Shown here piece by piece: positions 27,301 to 39,443 of a stretch of 64,000 nt of DNA; position 1 is the first letter of the stretch; the number at the start of each line of letters is the position of its first letter. The translations under genes and the position numbers were made by a program. The stretch is from Macrostomum lignano (taxonomy: Eukaryota): positions 222,213-286,212 of the forward strand of contig NIVC01001457.1 in the NCBI GenBank assembly GCA_002269645.1, written 5' to 3'. The notes under the pieces were generated by a model. That model ran no database searches. It was given only the letters and a program-made list of their open reading frames with translations, and had not been told where the DNA came from.

Positions 27301-30300
27301 ACCCGAACGCTACGGTAAGCCAGGAACAATTTGTTGCTTTGAGTAGCGTGATGGCTTACTGACTGACAATTTCAAATGCGCTCGCCGACGAGTTGAACTT
27401 CAACCTGTCTTATCACATTCACATGTCTCGCATACAGTGTTTACCTGTCTGAATTTAGAAACAGCTGGTGGCACCATTTTCGAGAACCTTTGACCTTTTG
27501 CTAGCAGTGTTTTTAATATCAAAATTCGACCCTTGCCAAACACGAAAGGACACTATACAGAACTGCCCTTGATTTCGATTGAGTCAACCTAACTGAACAG
27601 TGTTTTACTAGCTCAGGCGAACGCAACGTCAATTTTTGAGACGTCATTTGCTAGCTGTCACTGCGGTTTCTTCTGCTTTTGAGACCTGTCGTGATTGTTT
27701 ATGATGCTAATGGTTCTTATTTTCTCTTTCACGTATTATTTCTACTAATAAACTGCCCTCTGTTCTTCATAGAAAACATGGGCTTCATTGGCTACCACTC
27801 ATACTTCAGTACTTTAAAGACTATTGGTACCAACAGCCCATAAACCTTCAAATGGAGGTTCTACCATAGTCCAAAAGGGGGGCCGTAGCCCAGCGGTCTA
27901 GCGCAGGCTCTGGTGTGCCAGCGACCCAGGCTCGATTCCAAGTGCAGTCACATTAATTTGGGGCTGAATTGGAATCTCGGCTTGGCTCTGCTCGTGCAAT
28001 TAACGGCCTTGAGAGGCAACCCCCCCAAGGCGCAGTGAAGTGTACATGCCTAACGATAAAATAAAGTTAGGGCCGCTGTGCACTCCTGTGTGAGTGTGTG
28101 CCTGCGTACGTATCCGCGCGCTTGTATGCCTGCTCAGGGGAGTCGGCGGAATGGGCAGTAATGCCTCTCGCCGGTTGTGTGCCTATGTCGCTTAAAGTGC
28201 GCCAGGGTGCACACAACCCCCTGCCTCTAATAAAAAAAGAACCATAGTCCAAGTGTAGAATACAGATTGTAGGCTCCTTGCATGTAGTTAAACGATCAAT
28301 GATGAAGCTGCTCATAATGATCTGCCATGCCAGGGCTCAGTAGGTCCCAGGCTCCAAGCTTCGATTCCGTCTTTTTTTCAGCTCTACTGGCAGCGCAGCT
28401 CCAACGAGTTCCTCTTTAAATACCCGGTTGACGGCCTGTGGATCGACATGAACGAGCCGAGTAGTTTCTACCAGGGCTCCGACACTGGCTGTCCTAAAGG
28501 CAACCCGCTGGACTTTCCGCCGTACGTGCCGCACATCATCGGCTACAACATACTGTACCAAGGCACTGTCTGTCCATCTGCCAGGCAGTACCTGGGCAGC
28601 CACTACGATCTTCACAACTTGTACTCTTACTTTGAGGCCAAAGCTACCTGGCAGGTGCTCAGAACCAGACCGGATGGTCAGAAGGACAATCGGCAGAGAC
28701 AGTTTGTGCTCAGTCGGAGCACTTTTCCAGGTTAATTGAAAAAGTTTATATAGCATGCGCAAAAGGATACTGTAAGTAGAAACATGAGCATGTTAGCAGC
28801 AATATCGCTTTGATAATTTAAAGGCATTCAGCGATTCGCCTTCCATTGGACGGGTGACAACAACGCCGACTGGTACAACCTGCGCTACTCTCTGTCCACA
28901 ATCTTGAGCTTCAACCTGTACGGCATCGTCAACACCGGAACGGACGTGTGCGGGTTTAACTCCGCCACCACAGAGGAGCTGTGCATCCGGTGGACCCAGT
29001 TGGGAGCGTTTTACCCGTTCATGCGGAACCACAACAGCCTGGGCCTGCCGGACCAGGACCCCGCTGCGTTCAGTCCGATTGCTCAGCAGATAATGCGGTA
29101 CGCGATAACACAAATGCGTGTACACGAAATTTATACAGATACTCTCTTTTTTAATGCGTTTAATAAAGCGCCCGTGGATGCTAAATTTAAACAGGATAGT
29201 GCCTTTTAAACGAAATTGGTCATGATGTTAATGACGGATTAGGAATGCTAAAGAATGTCCCATGGTAAACGTGCGAATTGAAACGTCTTATCGACGTCAC
29301 ACAACACTTACTAAACCGTTATTATTCTTAAGAAGAAAATTTTCTATGCATTAGCGCTTCCTTGGGTGCACAAGCAGCAGACTGAGCTATACCAACTTCC
29401 TGATCCCATAGCTACCACATATCTCTGCGCTACGCTTTCCTGCCCTACATGTACACCGAGTTCTACCGCGCCACAGCCAATGGCAGCACAGTTGCCCGCT
29501 CGCTGATGGAGGAATTCCCCAACGATGAGGAAACCTGGCTCATCGATGATCAGTTTATGTTCGGTCCGGCTTTGATGATCTGCCCAGTGACTGTGGAGGG
29601 GGCCGTGGACAGGCAGGTGTACTTCCCTCCGAGCGCCAGGTGGTTCGACGTTCATGCACAGTATTTTGCTGAGGTCGGTTTGAATTGCATTCGACGAGAA
29701 GTTAAGAAGGAAATTTTTTTTCTGGCTGCAAATGCTCACGACAGAGAATAGTCGATAGAGTGTGCCATGAGTCTCAGAGTGCGCATTGAGTTCCAGAGTA
29801 CGCATTGAGTGCCAGAGAACGCATTGAGTTCCAGAGTACGCATTGAGTGCCAGAGTACGCATTGAGTGCCAGAGTACGCATTGAGTGCCAGAGTACTCAT
29901 TGAGTGCCAGAGCACGCATTGAGTTCCAGAGTACGCATTGAGTTCCAGAGTACGCATTGAGTGCCAGAGTACGCATTGAGTGCCAGAGTACGCATTGAGT
30001 GCCAGAGCACGCATTGAGTGCCAGAGTACGCATTGAGTGCCAGAGTACGCATTGAGTTCCAGAGTACGCATTGAGTTCCAGAGTACGCATTGAGTTCCAG
30101 AGTACGCATTGAGTTCCAGAGTACGCATTGAGTTCCAGAGTACACATTGAGTGCCAGAGTACGCATTGAGTGCCAGAGTACGCATTGAGTTCCAGAGTAC
30201 GCATTGAGTTCCAGAGTACGCATTGAGTTCCAGAGTACGCATTGAGCGCCAGAGTGTGCAACGAGTCCCAGAGTATGCTAGTGAGTCCCAGGAGTACGAA

Positions 30301-30917
30301 TTGAGTCTCTGACGATAAATTAAGCTCCAGAGTACGGCATTGTCAGTTGCAGCGTTAGTAAAGTGAATCACGTGAGCTTCAAAAAAAGGGCGTAAACAAA
30401 AATTTTTACTAGACGCCAAAGCATCAATCTGCCATACATCGCGTCACTTTTTCAGGTGACCCCAAAGGGTCTCCAGACGGTGCCGGCTCCTCTCGAGAAC
30501 ATCCCGCTCTACATCCGCGGTGGGCATGTCATCCCCATGCAGGATCCCGGAAATGACACCTATCACCAGAAGCTGCTGCAACCTTTCCTGCTCATTGTGG
30601 CACCTGACGCAGACGGACTCGCCTCGGGTTCTCTGTTCTGGGATCGCAATGGTGTGGACGATCTGAGCCTTGGCAACTACCAGCTGATGGAGTTCTCAGC
30701 CTCCAAAGGCAGCTTGAGCAGCCGGCTGGTGCACCAGTTTCCAATCGGTGTCCAGATGCAGCTGTTTGGATTGCAGGTGCTCGGCGTGGCAACCAAGCCG
30801 GCCAACGTGATTGTGAATGGCAGGAAGAGGCAGTTTATGTACAGCAACGGCTGGCTCTCCGTCAGCAACCTGGTGGGCGTGGACCTCAAGAGTCCGCTGA
30901 GCGCCAGCTGGAACTGA
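24373..30917 (+). CDS. Glycoside hydrolase family 31 alpha-glucosidase (lysosomal GAA / maltase-glucoamylase-like), 8 exons, ~904 aa
   Basis: Exons 24373-24708, 25279-25551, 26087-26596, 27066-27314, 28382-28730, 28824-29097, 29412-29673 and 30456-30917, all GT-AG and phase-compatible (2715 nt). Signal peptide, trefoil domain (RVDCWP...CHGRGCCW...FCFYP), YGLGEH, nucleophile WIDMNEPSSF, acid/base HWTGDN and RWTQLGAFYPFMRNHN. Confidence 0.96.
25602..26007. repeat. 16-bp perfect minisatellite (GCGCCCCTGGTGCTTA)n, ~25 copies, in glucosidase intron 2
   Basis: No variant units seen by eye. Confidence 0.98.
27875..28240 (+). mobile_element. tRNA-derived SINE (~365 bp) in glucosidase intron 4
   Basis: 12-bp TSD ACCATAGTCCAA at 27863-27874 and 28241-28252. 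The head has an A box (TAGCCCAGCGG) and a B box (GGCTCGATTCC, 27929-27939); the tail is AATAAAAAAAGA. Confidence 0.85.
29776..30256. repeat. 19-bp minisatellite (GCATTGAGT(G/T)CCAGAGTAC)n, ~25 copies, in glucosidase intron 7
   Basis: Tandem periodicity. Confidence 0.96.
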
Positions 30918-31105
30918 CTGATATAAGTGCACGCGTACTCAAGAGCGCCAGCTGGCAGTGACTGATATAAGTGCACGCGTACTCAAGGGTGCCAGCTGGC
31001 AGTGACTGATATAAGTGCACGCGTACTCAAGAGCATCAGCTGGCACTGACTGATATAAGTGCACGCGTATTCAAGAGTGCCAGCTGGAACTGACTGAAAT
31101 AAGTG
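30900..31105 (+). repeat. 44-bp tandem repeat (4 full copies, 30918-31093) containing the glucosidase stop-codon region
   Basis: Unit CTGATATAAGTGCACGCGTACTCAAGAGCGCCAGCTGGCAGTGA. Confidence 0.92.
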
Positions 31106-31490
31106 GTATAAGTGTTGGCAAAGAAAAATCTAAATTTACAATAGATCAGGACATTTAACGTGAAGCCATTTTCCAGGACGATCAAATAATTTTCACAAGC
31201 TTGCTAAGCTTTTAATTCAGCCGCAATAATAATAAAGAGTCGAGAACGCGCTGAAAAGCAATTATCTGAGCAAGGAACCACCGTATTTGACGTTTGGCGT
31301 TGCAATGATTTTTATTTTGTTACTATTATATGTTAGTCTCTAATCAAATACTTTATTAAATGAAACTTGTCGGCTTTTCTTTATTATTAATTTTCAAATA
31401 AACTACTTATAAGTCACTTGAATAAAAATCCCGTAGGAGTCATTCTATTCACGTCCCTTCCTTTGGGCTTTGATGGGCTTTGATTTATCA

Positions 31491-32041
31491 CCAATAGGGA
31501 TGCTTGCAGTGACGGCAACCAATAGTGATGCTTGCAGTGATGGCAATCAATAGGGATGCTTGCAGTGACGGCAACCAATAGGGACGCTTGCAGTGACGGC
31601 AACCAATAGGGATGCTTGCAGTGATGGCAATCAATAGGGATGCTTTGCAGTGACGGCAACCAATAGGGATGCTTGCAGTGATGGCAACCAATAGGGATGC
31701 TTGCAGTGACGGCAACCAATAGTGATGCTTGCAGTGACGGCAACCAATAGGGATGCTTGCAGTGACGGCAACCAATAGTGATGCTTGCAGTGATGGCAAT
31801 CAATAGGGATGCTTGCAGTGACGGCAACCAATAGGGATGCTTGCAGTGACGGCAACCAATAGGGATGCTTGCAGTGACGGCAACCAATAGTGATGCTTGC
31901 AGTGATGGCAATCAATAGGGATGCTTGCAGTGACGGCAACCAATAGGGATGCTTGCAGTGACGGCAACCAATAGGGATGCTTGCAGTGACGGCAACCAAT
32001 AGGGATGCTTGCAGTGACGGCAACCAATAGTGATGCTTGCA
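31491..32041. repeat. 28-bp minisatellite (CAATAGGGATGCTTGCAGTGACGGCAAC)n, ~19 copies
   Basis: Tandem periodicity with two or three recurring variants and no spacers. Confidence 0.96.
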
Positions 32042-33051
32042 TCTCTCGGTCAAACGGAAAGACCAACTTTACCGCAATCACGGCTTCTACTTGTTTTTTC
32101 ATAGCATTGCACATTATTAAGGTGGTTTTATAACTCATTTGGTGGTGGATTAACAAGGTTAAACGGGCACAAGCCCCCTCACCTCCATCATCTCAAATCC
32201 TCTCATTCCACATCCCTTCATTCCCCATACTCGTATGCACCTGAAGGCTTGGTATTAGCGCTACGAGAAGAAACGTTTCAGTCTTATTTAGCCAGCGCGA
32301 CATCATTATCGGTCTCAAGATCATGAGGCAAACAAAGTCAAGCCAAGCTGTCAAGATGAGCAACAGGAAGAGGCTGGTTATTAGAGTAGGGATACTCCTA
32401 ATATATGAGTAAGCAGCAATTTTTTCAATAATATATTTTCCAGGCTAGGTTGCGCAGAAACGAAAATAGAAAAGCAAAAAGGAAGTAATAAATTTTATTA
32501 CCATTCGAAACTGTACTGACTGAGAAAAAGAAAACAGCTGCTGCTGCAGAACTCAGAAGCAAGTGACGAGCACACATTCTTTTAGGAAAAAAAAACAGTA
32601 CGATAGACACCCAAAAATTGTCTTGAGCAAGTCAAAAGGAAACATTCACTAATGGTTCTAGGGTACCTAACATGAGAAACGAGAATTGGAACAATGGAAG
32701 TCACATCCGATCCAGCACGATCCCAAAGTACCTAAGGTAAGCTTTGGAAACTGATTAAGTTCAGGCTAAGCTTTCTGCACAAATATGCACTCATAGCCGT
32801 TCATAGCCACATGAAATTCTGCTTTTGAGGCAATTGCGTAATCCAAGTCAAATCTATAATAAAGAAATGACCAATTTAAAATTTGTTAAAAGTACAATGG
32901 AGACTTACAGTGCGGAGCTCTTTTCTATGAGAATTCTGCTAATAAAAACCCAGCTCTCGCTGTGAAAAAGTACCCATTTAACTAGTTTATAAGGTGTAAA
33001 CGATCTTAGCCATCAATATCATCTAGTGAGCTTCCGGAACTGCAAGTTGCA

Positions 33052-34205
33052 TCAACCATTCCTAGCAACTTGAGCCAAAAAGTCGTTTCTAACCCACAGT
33101 CCGTCCCATTCGTTGAATGTAGAGATGTTCTGCACTCGGAAGCTACTCATGGACAGCAGAGAGAAGTTCCTCGAGGTCATGAAGCGTGTTACAAACTCGT
33201 AATATTTGGACGATTGCGGTCGCTGGCCGAGCTTCCGCCAGAACTCCATCTGCAGCGCCATGACATTGAGCTCTCGAAACAGCCTCTCGCCAGTCTTCAT
33301 GAACAGGTACTCACCGGACTCGATGTCCATCTTGACGACCACATTCTTGGTGCCGATGTGCGCTCTAAGCTCGTCCGCTTTGACAGTCATCACGGGAATC
33401 GTGTCCTCGATTAACTTCGTGACCTGCCGTTTCCAGTCAGCCAATCCGACTGAGCCGCTTCCAGCGTGGCAGCCAAAGTCGTCTGCGTTATAGCTGATCC
33501 GTTTGAGCGCCACGTCGTCGCTGATGAAGCCCAGAAGAGCCTCAGCTTGTCGTCAAGCAAGTTCAGCCGCTTCGCTGACATTTGCAGCCTGACCAGTGTG
33601 CGGATGTTTGCATCGATGGCCACCACGGGATACCCGAGCTCTCTGGCCTGCAGGCTGTAGATGCCAAGGTTGCTGCCGATATCGAGGAACGTCCCAGTGT
33701 TTTTGGGAAGCTTCTTTAACAAGTTGAGCATGGTCCGAATAGAGCTTGTTTCCCATTCGCTGTGTTTTAGCATATGCGCGGAAATCATGTCCTCCTTTCC
33801 GAAGGTGAATAGCGGCATTAATGGGCCACCCATCGCTCGGGTCACGTTGGCCACAGGAGACCCTTGTCTGACATTGGTGTACATCTGCTGTGGTAAGTTC
33901 CTGTTCAGCTCGCACAGGGGAAACTGGCCCCTGACTAACTGGTAGGCCGGCGTCTCCTGACACAGCCGGTGCCGCAGGCTGGGGTTCCTGAAGTCGACGT
34001 TGCGGAGCTCGTTGTACGGGGGGCAGTTTTTGACCATTTCGACATCGCTTAGCGTTGGCAGCGACTTTGCAGCGGTGCGGCCTTTGCCTTTGCGAATGAA
34101 TTTTAACTTTGAAGCGGTCAAACTGTTGGACCGGAATAGAGACGCCACCACAATCAAAAGAACTGTAGCGCAGGACAGCAGAATTAGATATTGCTTTGCT
34201 CTCAT
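33052..34205 (-). CDS. Intronless FkbM-family (Methyltransf_21-like) SAM-dependent methyltransferase with N-terminal membrane anchor; one frameshift at 33530-33532 (~384 aa if repaired)
   Basis: N-terminal hydrophobic segment YLILLSCATVLLIVVASLF, motif I FLDIGSNLGIYS, VAIDAN and VVKMDIESGE. Adding one G to the GGG run joins LRLFW to GFISDDVALKRISY. Confidence 0.8.
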
Positions 34206-34877
34206 GGCATTGACTAGTACGGGCTATGGAGCAGAACAGAGTTATTGCATTTAGTCACAGCTTACTTTCTTGCTCACACTGGCGCTGGGGGATTCGAGAC
34301 AGACCAGTCCAGCTTATTTGCATAGAGATCCTCTGATCCTCAAAGCAACGCAGCCCCACCCTGATTGCCCAGCCAACTAAAATTGATCCGACTTCAGAAG
34401 TCAGGGTGCTTGAAAGAGTGGACACGATCGTACAGTTTATAAAGTCTTTTCCGTTGGGACTATATATGAAACAGAGGTATGGACCACCAGACTGTGGATA
34501 CTGAATATCGGATAGTAGAACAATGATTGGCACACGTCTACCATTGTGCTTGTTTAATGCTGGCTAGCTATGGAAAATATGAGTAGAGTGGGAAGAAAGG
34601 CAACTCGTTGTGTGCAGTTTGAGCACATTTGTTGCTAAGTCTTCCCATGTCTTGCTAAAATTGTCTCAACTGAGCCATTGAATTCTGATTATCTGACTGG
34701 ATGTGAAGGCTTTTTGTGAGGGAAAAAGCGTACACAACCCGGCCAACTGAAACTGGGCCAAGAGAGGGGGCGTGAATGCGTCCCCTCACAAAGTCGGGAC
34801 TAAGGTCTTGGGACTCTGAGTTCATCTACTCGCATTTGCGCCCTGGACTCTCCCCCACATTTTTAACTTCATATTTT

Positions 34878-35266
34878 GTTGTTGTTAAACGGGGGTGGGA
34901 AGCTACGGGGCTACCCGCGGATCAGCCCTTGGAGGGGCTCTACCGCAAGAGGGCACTGTCCAGGGGCACAGATAAAACTGTGTACCCGAGATACCCGCTC
35001 GGAGTCCGAGTCACCAATTTAGTTGGGCCCCAGCTTAAGCTAGGGAAAGAGCGAGGGACTTCAAGCCTACGGTACAAGACACCGCCAACCCAACAGTGGA
35101 ATCAGGGACGGTGCTAGGACCGAGTCCACCCAGGCTACCCCCCAGCAGACAGGTCCTCGGAGTGTGCGAAAAACAGAATTGGATTATTACCGAAAAGCCG
35201 TCCAAGAGCGGGAAACCCAGAAGTCTTGGAAAGGGCTAACTATTGGAGTGAGTCTGGAAGGCTTCA
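34878..35266 (-). mobile_element. Short non-LTR retroposon insertion (SINE or 5'-truncated LINE)
   Basis: 14-bp TSD TAACTTCATATTTT at 34864-34877 and 35267-35280; (AAC)3 tail on the minus strand. Confidence 0.7.
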
Positions 35267-35408
35267 TAACTTCATATTTTAGGGAAGAAGACGTTGAAAT
35301 TGGTCTTCTGCTTTTCACATGATGGCTGGAACCTAATAAATTTACAGTTAATTTTCGTGTGCTCGGACCCTGTAGCATAAAATCTCATTCCCATGCTAAG
35401 GGGGTGAC

Positions 35409-35490
35409 GCTGAGGGGGAATGATGCTGAGGGGAATGATGCTGAGGGGAATGATGTTGAGGGGGAATGATGCTAAAGGGAATTCTGCTAA
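35409..35490. repeat. 15-bp tandem repeat (GCTGAGGGGAATGAT)n, ~5 copies
   Basis: Direct periodicity. Confidence 0.8.
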
Positions 35491-37456
35491 GGGTGTAGAG
35501 ATCTCCAAACATGGTAGCCTACTAGAAGTAGTAAGATAAAATTATGAACACAAATTTAAAAATAGCTATGTGTCATACTCCATTTTAGTAATACCAGTAA
35601 TGTCACGCAAACAGCGAGTGACTATGCAATTGTTCGAAAAACCTGTTCTCGACATCTATTTTTAGAACTTCTAAATATGGTAAATGTTAACCCGAATGTG
35701 ACCCAAGTCTCACCCTTTTCTATTCAAAAACCCACCAGTCAAATAATAAAATTCCTTTCGTGAACTCATAAAAAACCGGTTTTGAGCTCAAGGTCGACTC
35801 AAGGCCGAAAAATGGTGTATAAATACAAACGCAAAATCCGAACTGAAATCTCAGACTCGGAGCAGCCTCCAAAGATCTTGGGCTTTGCAAGAGCAGCCAA
35901 ACGAGGCTATATCTCTGAGGAAGAGAAACACCAATTGGTAAGCTTTGTTCAAATCTTCGTTATTTTGATTATTGAGAGCGCTTGTTATTGCCGGCCGTTA
36001 CTGTTCAGTCGATTTTATTGAGACTATTGAGTTTGAGGCCTCCCTTTTCCTAAGGGATTGGATATGATATGCGGACCGATTCCGATACCCTTAGAGGATT
36101 ATCGAGTTATTGATTTTGGATTATCCTAGATTAACCGATGGGAGCACACGACTTCGAATCCGTTAGTTCTAGAAGAAGACGCCTTTTCTAGAGGACCTCG
36201 TATTGTTATAGAATTTATTTTGTTATTAGGGCGCATCGTTGATATTGATTTCTGCACTCGAGGAGTACATTGATTTCGGCACTCGAGGTAATACTGCGAC
36301 GTCGATTTAATTGCTACGCTCTCAGTCTCACACTGAGGTTGCTAGTTCAGTCTCACAGTTCAAACCACAAAGCCATAAATATCATCAAATCTAGCGCCCA
36401 AATTTTCAACCCTCCCCAGTCTGCCTTCAAAAGAACACGCACGCATTTAGGCTTCACTAGCCAGTTCATAGTCTATGGTAGGCGTGCTGAGAGAAAAGAC
36501 AATAAGCCTGCAAGCCCCCCTCCTTACACAAAGGCAGAAGAGGTTTGTGCCATAGACTAAATTCTTATGGCCCCAGCCTTCTTCAGGACAAGCATATCCC
36601 ATGACCAGACAAATCAAGAAGCGAACAGGCTTAGAATGGAACAGTCAGTTTATCATAGCCAGTCGCTGTTAGACATCGGCTCTGCAAGAGCGTCTATTTA
36701 GGTAACAACTTTTGCGAGAGAATCGCACACGTACTTTGAACTGCCACTGTGGGTAAGTTTTAATTTAAGGTGCTCTCTGCTACATTGTAAACTAAGGCAA
36801 TTTGTTGGTCAATAAATAGATCGCAGAAATCATCTGTAGCCAGGGCCTATTCAGATATTGCGCAATCTCTGTCATTTGTGACAGAGCCTATATTTATGGA
36901 AAATAGGCAATCTTCAAAAATCAATTTTTTAGCCACAAGACGTCACTTGAAACGAAGAGATAAACGATGAATGAAAAGTTGAGTTGAGTCTAATTATTAC
37001 GACACCAGCCCAGAATGGAAACCCGACATGGGGTCTAAGATTGATTTCTCAACCACTCTGAGCATGTTTAGAAAAAATACTAATACTAAACTAAAGACTA
37101 GTTAATTGGAGTTAAATTGGAGCAGTAAATGGGGCGCAGGGCCCAAACGAGTATGTTTATATGACTAATTTAGAGGGGGGTTGACTCCAGATAATAAGGA
37201 GAGGGGGGTGGAGTGCGCGACTGAAGAGAGAGGCGAGACTGGAGAGCCAATCAGAAGGCGGCGAGGGAGACAGATAAGAAAACAAGATTGAGCTAGACAG
37301 AGAGAGAAACCAGAGTAAACAGAGACAAGTGAAGGTGAACTAAGAAATGACTAGGAAAGTCGCGACACTCTCCCCAAAAATGGAACATTTTCCTCACACT
37401 CACGGCCAGCAGAGTTTCATGTTTACGAGCTACACATGAAATAGAATTAGAAGAAT

Positions 37457-37740
37457 AGGCCATATGAATAAAATGAGCAACTGCTCCAACTCAAGCATTT
37501 ACTCGGGCCTGTATGAATAAACTGAGAAATTGCTCATGAGCAAATGCTCATGAGATTTTTCTCAAGATAATTTGCTCCGATTTCAGAGCAAATACTCTGA
37601 GATTGAGCAATTACTCAGGTCAATAAGAAAACTACTACGCTCGTACATAGACTAAATTTCTGAGCAATTGCTCAGAAATCTTTGAGGCAGCCTCCTGGCA
37701 GACTCAAGAACGAGTCGCAGTGTAAAAAGCAGATAAATGG
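37457..37740 (+). mobile_element. PIF/Harbinger terminal fragment (element E)
   Basis: AAT followed by AGGCCATATGAATAAAAATGAGCAACTGCTC, matching the TIRs at 43057, 47605 and 50354. The subterminal GAGCA..TGCTC repeats are colinear with the transposase-side ends of elements A and D. Confidence 0.75.
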
Positions 37741-37783
37741 TATTTAATCAACTTTGCCTGTTCGCCTTGCCTATGTCCCTAGT

Positions 37784-39443
37784 GTTAAGCTCGCGGAGAT
37801 TATTGGTAGCGTTAACTCCGCTACCATAGACAAACTTAAAATTGATAGTAAAACAAGAACACGTATATTTATTGAACGTTAAAACGGTAAACAAGCGTTT
37901 AGTCAGTTATAGTTGTTTTAGTTCGTTAGTCTACAACTTTTTATTGCTATCACTATTGCATCTTGTTTGTCGGGGAACTGAAATTGATCGTGGTTGGCCC
38001 GTAGAAGTTTAGTACAGGGGCGGACCATTGTTGACTTAGAGCCAAAGCCTGCGGTCCGGAAATATTGGAGTTGCCGTTGGCAATTGTTGTTTCAACCTCA
38101 CTCACGCCGCTCGTTTTGGCTGCGGCAGTGGGCTCTCCATATAGTACTGCCGACATGTTCTTCTCTGACTTACGGACGTCGATGTAGGACCTGTCAGCCT
38201 TTTCGGTAATCCTTCCAGTCTTCTGGCTTGCTATTTCCTTACTGATGCCGCCTTCCACCAACCTAGTCTTGCAGGTCCGACGCAGACTACTGTTCGTGAT
38301 AGGTCCGGTCGTACTGCCGGCTTCAATCTGCTTGCCAGAGAACAGATTCTTCACGACGTTTTTCAATCGTATGCACACCCATTGGTTGACTACGATACCA
38401 TATATCAGATGTCGGCGCCTTGATCGGTGTCAGATAGAACGCAGAGTGACCCTTGAGTCCGAATTGCTCCGGCCAGTGACGAACGTAGGTCTTATACATC
38501 GTGATGACACATTTGTCTGGGTCGCCATTCGAATAGATCCTGGTTGTTTTCGGCTCAACGTGTGCCTTGTGCAAACCAACTCTCCCGTTCTTCGACATTC
38601 GCTCGGTGTACACCAGACATTCAGTGTCATTTTCCTTGACGAGCACAAGCTGCGATCGCTCACCGAATTCTAACGCGCGATGTTCAGCACTCGCTCTGAG
38701 CGATAGGTGCAGACCTAAGTGGTACAGCAGGGTATTCACCAGCTGCGTCGGATTAGACATTCCGAAACGTCCCTCTGCCCAAAGTTGCACTTCTTCGTCT
38801 AGGCCGATTACCCTCGCTCGCTTTGGTGTAAGATGAAAACCTGATTTGGCACTCAATTTCATGGCGGCGTCGATGCACTGCCTGGTTAGGACGAACTCGT
38901 TGTCCTTGAAGATGGACCAATCATGCAGAAAATTTGTTTGTAGGTGGAACTGTATACAGGCGACAAAACCTTTGATCGTGGCAGGCGGGTACATATCTCC
39001 GTTGTTCTTGCGCAGTTCAAGCAGAAAGCACTGCAGCACGTAGTCCCATTCCTTCTTGCTCCACTCGAACATATCCTTCACAACTTTCAACTGAGCAGTT
39101 TGGCGCACTCGCCAGTCAGTATACCAAGCGCACAGTTTATTCCAATTGCTACGAACCTTTGTGGCCGTTGTTTTTGGAATTCGCGAGTCTCTAAATTCGG
39201 CAAGCCGGACGTCAACGTTGGTGCTAGTGCTTTGCACTGTAGACGCTTCTTCATTGGTAATCGTTCGCATCACTTCCATTACATCGTCAGCGGTTAGCTT
39301 CTCCATTTTGGTAAAATTTGTGGCTTGTTTATTTCACAGCTTGCTTCTCTCTTCCTAAGCCATCAGTCCTCTTTGATTTAGACTTAGTATTTTACCATAG
39401 ACAATACAGGGAGCGGAGATTTAAATCTCCGCCGGAGATTAAC
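37784..39443 (-). mobile_element. Crypton-like tyrosine-recombinase DNA transposon (Crypton 1)
   Basis: Imperfect terminal inverted sequences GTTAA..GCGGAGATT..CTCCGCT around a DUF3504-type ORF. The boundaries are approximate. Confidence 0.7.
37953..39306 (-). CDS. DUF3504-type tyrosine recombinase (KCTD1/ZMYM/QRICH1-related), one frameshift in an A5 run near 38360 (~450 aa if repaired)
   Basis: FLLELRKNNGDMYPPATI, NPTQLVNTLLYHLGLHLSLRASAEHRAL, SKNGRVGL, WYRSQPMGVHTI and TNSSLRRTCKTRL..GR....DRSY; the R, K, R and Y residues of the YR catalytic set are discernible. Confidence 0.8.

Noticed and set aside
27877-27950. Functional tRNA gene
   Set aside because: A and B boxes are present, but the acceptor stem does not pair and the segment heads a TSD-flanked SINE.
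29736-30419. AYSGTQCVLW-repeat ORFs
   Set aside because: Antisense translations of the 19-bp intronic array.
31491-32041. CRISPR-like 28-bp repeats (also 11305-12125 and 30918-31093)
   Set aside because: Head-to-tail repeats without unique spacers, no cas genes, and a eukaryotic context.
31414-32156. Cys/His-rich repeat ORFs (CRHCKHPYW) that look metal-binding
   Set aside because: The same peptide appears in all three frames because the unit is 28 bp; there is no unique coding context.
36990-37385. Possible LTR with polypurine tract (minus-strand GGGGAGAG then TGTCGCGAC)
   Set aside because: No second LTR, PBS or clear other end could be identified.
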